Source: Phycisphaerae bacterium (lineage in GTDB: Bacteria > Planctomycetota > Phycisphaerae > UBA1845). From it: a stretch of DNA of 64,000 nt. The first letter of the stretch is position 1. Each line of letters starts with the position of its first letter. The stretch spans positions 1 through 64,000 of the forward strand of contig CAXXGO010000001.1 in the NCBI GenBank assembly GCA_963666835.2, given 5' to 3'. The notes beneath the pieces were generated by a model that had not been told where the DNA came from, ran no database searches, and saw nothing but the letters and a program-made list of their open reading frames with translations. The translations under genes and the position numbers were made by a program. Below, piece by piece: positions 61,816-64,000 of this stretch.

Positions 61816-62361
61816 ATGTCGACGGACAGGTTCCGATGTAGGCGTCAGGCCGTTTCCGTACTGACGCTGGCTGCGGTGGTTGTGATAGGAGGGTGTCAGT
61901 CACCGGGTGCCGGGGGCAGGGCGACGGCCGGCCGGAACACACCCGCCCGTGACCTGGTTCGCCGGGTACGGTGCGTTTACGATCAGAACCCCTGGATCAA
62001 TGTGGATCGACTCGGCGACCGCGACCCGGAGGGAGTACGGTTTCGGGTGTTTCTTGACCGTGGAACCGGGACGGGCGTTCTGCACGATGGGACTTTCCAC
62101 GTAGAGATGTATCAAGTTGAACGCAGTCAACAGGGGAAGAAGTCCCGCCGGCTGGTCAGCGATTGGCATTATCCCACCAGCCGAGTGGCGACCATTGCCA
62201 AGCCGGGGATGCTGGGGCGCGGGTATTACCTGCAATTAGTCTGGGCCAGCAAGGACATTGCCGGCAAAAACGTCGAGATGATCGTGTTCTTCGAAGACTC
62301 GCAAGGCAACATCGCCCGCTCGGAGACCAAGTCCTTCCGCGTGCCCAAGTATACTTCGTAA
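61816..62361 (+). CDS. Putative lipoprotein (candidate pilotin/accessory protein)
   Basis: Hydrophobic signal ending IGGC; starts 5 nt after the secretin stop; basic, beta-rich. Confidence 0.6.
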   Translation: MSTDRFRCRRQAVSVLTLAAVVVIGGCQSPGAGGRATAGRNTPARDLVRRVRCVYDQNPWINVDRLGDRDPEGVRFRVFLDRGTGTGVLHDGTFHVEMYQVERSQQGKKSRRLVSDWHYPTSRVATIAKPGMLGRGYYLQLVWASKDIAGKNVEMIVFFEDSQGNIARSETKSFRVPKYTS

Positions 62362-62394
62362 CGGCGCCGAAACCGGCCTGAGAGGACGCCGGCC

Positions 62395-63096
62395 ATGACG
62401 TGGGGAATCGTCCGGCGTACGGCGGTCAAAGCACTGGCTCTTACTGTCGGAGTAGTGTCACTAAGCTGCGAACGGTCCGCCCCGCCGGACGGATCGGTCA
62501 GAAGCGAACTCACTCGCGGAGCGACCGACCCTTCTGATACTCCGCTTTCACCAATCGATACCGTTCGCCGGATCCGGGAGCACCGCGCGGCCGGACGGTT
62601 TGCCGCGCTTCAAGAGCACCTTCTTCCCGACCAGAGGGCTTACGTGGTCGAGCTGGTTCAGTCGATGGATCGGCTGATATGGGCCAACGGGGTGCTGCAG
62701 GCCGCGGTGACCGACCGTTTCGGCCCGGCGACCGCGCGGGTGTTCGATCGTTCGGCCGCGGCCGATGCGATCGGCGTGCTGTCGCAGGATGTCGAGCTGT
62801 TTGGCGAACGCATTGATGGGGACTCGGCTGTAGTGTCGTTTCAGGTGGCCGGGCGCCTGCCGCTGGAGGAGGTGACGTTGGTGCGTCGTAACGGGCGTTG
62901 GCTGATGAGTACGGACGCACCCGTTGCGGGAGTGGCCGGGGTTCTCCGCGAGCTGGCCGACGTTTTGACCGCCTCTGCGCGCCTGATGGATGACCCGGCC
63001 GTATCCGCCGTCGATCTGCAACGCGAACTGGCGTTGCGCGAAGCTTCCATCGGGCGGAAACTCAAGGCCCTGACCGCTGCCGATACGACACCCTGA
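62395..63096 (+). CDS. Putative lipoprotein of unknown function
   Basis: Signal with VSLSC lipobox; IDGDSAVV...LVRRNGRW resembles NTF2-like folds. Confidence 0.6.
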   Translation: MTWGIVRRTAVKALALTVGVVSLSCERSAPPDGSVRSELTRGATDPSDTPLSPIDTVRRIREHRAAGRFAALQEHLLPDQRAYVVELVQSMDRLIWANGVLQAAVTDRFGPATARVFDRSAAADAIGVLSQDVELFGERIDGDSAVVSFQVAGRLPLEEVTLVRRNGRWLMSTDAPVAGVAGVLRELADVLTASARLMDDPAVSAVDLQRELALREASIGRKLKALTAADTTP

Positions 63097-63103
63097 CCGT
63101 ATC

Positions 63104-63174
63104 GCAGGGCACTGTAGACGTACGAGACCGGCCGTGGTTCTTGCGTAGGGCACGGTCGAGGCACGAGACCTGCC
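63104..63174. repeat. Family-A REP pair
   Basis: A degenerate copy followed by gtagggcacggtcgaggcacgagacctgcc (63145-63174). Confidence 0.8.
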
Positions 63175-63472
63175 GTGAGGGTTTGTTGCTCCACGATTCG
63201 TACGAATTCCACAGTCCTTAGTTGGGTACCGAACTACGCCGAAGATAGTGACATATGTCCACCGCGACCGTGTGGCGATCACCGGGGGCTTTGCCCCCAG
63301 ACCCCCAAGGTTTGTCGCTTGGGAGCCAGAACAGGCCAGGGAGAGCGAGAGCCCGCCGTGCATGCAGACTCCCGCGCCTGTCCCGGCACTGGTACGAGCG
63401 CTCGGGGTGCTCCTCAGCAGAGCCCTGTCCTCTCGACCAGCACACACAAGTCTGACGTGCTGTGCCATCGAG

Positions 63473-64000
63473 TCAAGCATGCTGGCCCTCCAACTCATGA
63501 TCGATCTCCAGGTACTCCTGAACCAGGAAGATGCTGCAACCTAAAGCATGGGCTGTCTCCTTTGCCGTCAGCCCCTGAAGATGGCAGTGGCGGACGCGAT
63601 CGTACTGGCCCAGGTAACGATCCACAGCCTCAAGGCTGTGGTACGTTTCCCGAGCCACTTCGTTAGCCGCTTTGCCTTCTGCGTAATGTTTGAAACAGAT
63701 GATCCGTTTGTGCGTAAGCCCTGTGCCGACATCGTGGACAGTAGCGCGACGTGGGACGATCTGACCGGTCTCGCGTTCGTACGCCGCCAACAATCGCGAG
63801 ACGTCCGACGCATTGACTGCTAACAACTCCGAGAGATCAGAGTTGGACAGAACGCCCCCTTGTTCGTACGCCTGTCGGCATAACCTCAAGCTCTTTTGTA
63901 AGAGCAACTCTCCACGTCCCTTCTTCTGCAAACGCATCTCGATATCCTCGAAGGTACTCACGTCCAAGACCACCGGAAGCAGATCGGTATCCTCAATCCG
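63473..64000 (-). CDS. DUF1670-like protein, probably mobile-element associated (5'-truncated by window)
   Basis: QAYEQGGVLS..DL, VPRRATVHDVGTGLTHKRII, ETYHS.EAVDRYL; the frame stays open to the window end. Confidence 0.7.
   Translation of the reverse strand, partial: RIEDTDLLPVVLDVSTFEDIEMRLQKKGRGELLLQKSLRLCRQAYEQGGVLSNSDLSELLAVNASDVSRLLAAYERETGQIVPRRATVHDVGTGLTHKRIICFKHYAEGKAANEVARETYHSLEAVDRYLGQYDRVRHCHLQGLTAKETAHALGCSIFLVQEYLEIDHELEGQHA

Noticed and set aside
1..64000. tRNA, rRNA or riboswitch genes
   Set aside because: None was recognisable by eye; tRNAscan-SE and Infernal scans would be needed to exclude them.

Overview
GC-rich bacterial window, probably Planctomycetota/Phycisphaerae (inferred from gene content: IPTL-CTERM proteins, split coaB/coaC, very large secretin N-domain arrays). 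Positions 1-32.5 kb hold mostly housekeeping genes (htrA-like, flgM, GT-C glycosyltransferase, pilT-like, kdsA, M24 peptidase, accB/accC, antiporter, proC, cmk, aroF, tpiA, secG, yicC, gmk, rpoZ, coaC, coaB). Their intergenic spaces carry mosaics of several palindromic REP-like families. This half also has a REP-bounded 2175-bp tandem duplication of an IPTL-CTERM gene and a group II intron inserted into one of the repeat families. Positions 33.6-63.1 kb hold a very acidic Cys-rich/RTX-like lipoprotein gene followed by an unusual type II secretion/pseudopilus cluster with no gspE in the window. The standout is an apparently two-part giant secretin. A ~3235-aa protein consists of N0 plus about 31 secretin-N repeats, has no pore domain and ends in half a repeat. 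The next gene, a separately exported 1545-aa secretin, begins with the complementary half repeat and has about 12 more repeats plus the pore. A truncated DUF1670-like gene ends the window. All calls come from manual reading of motifs; no database searches were run.
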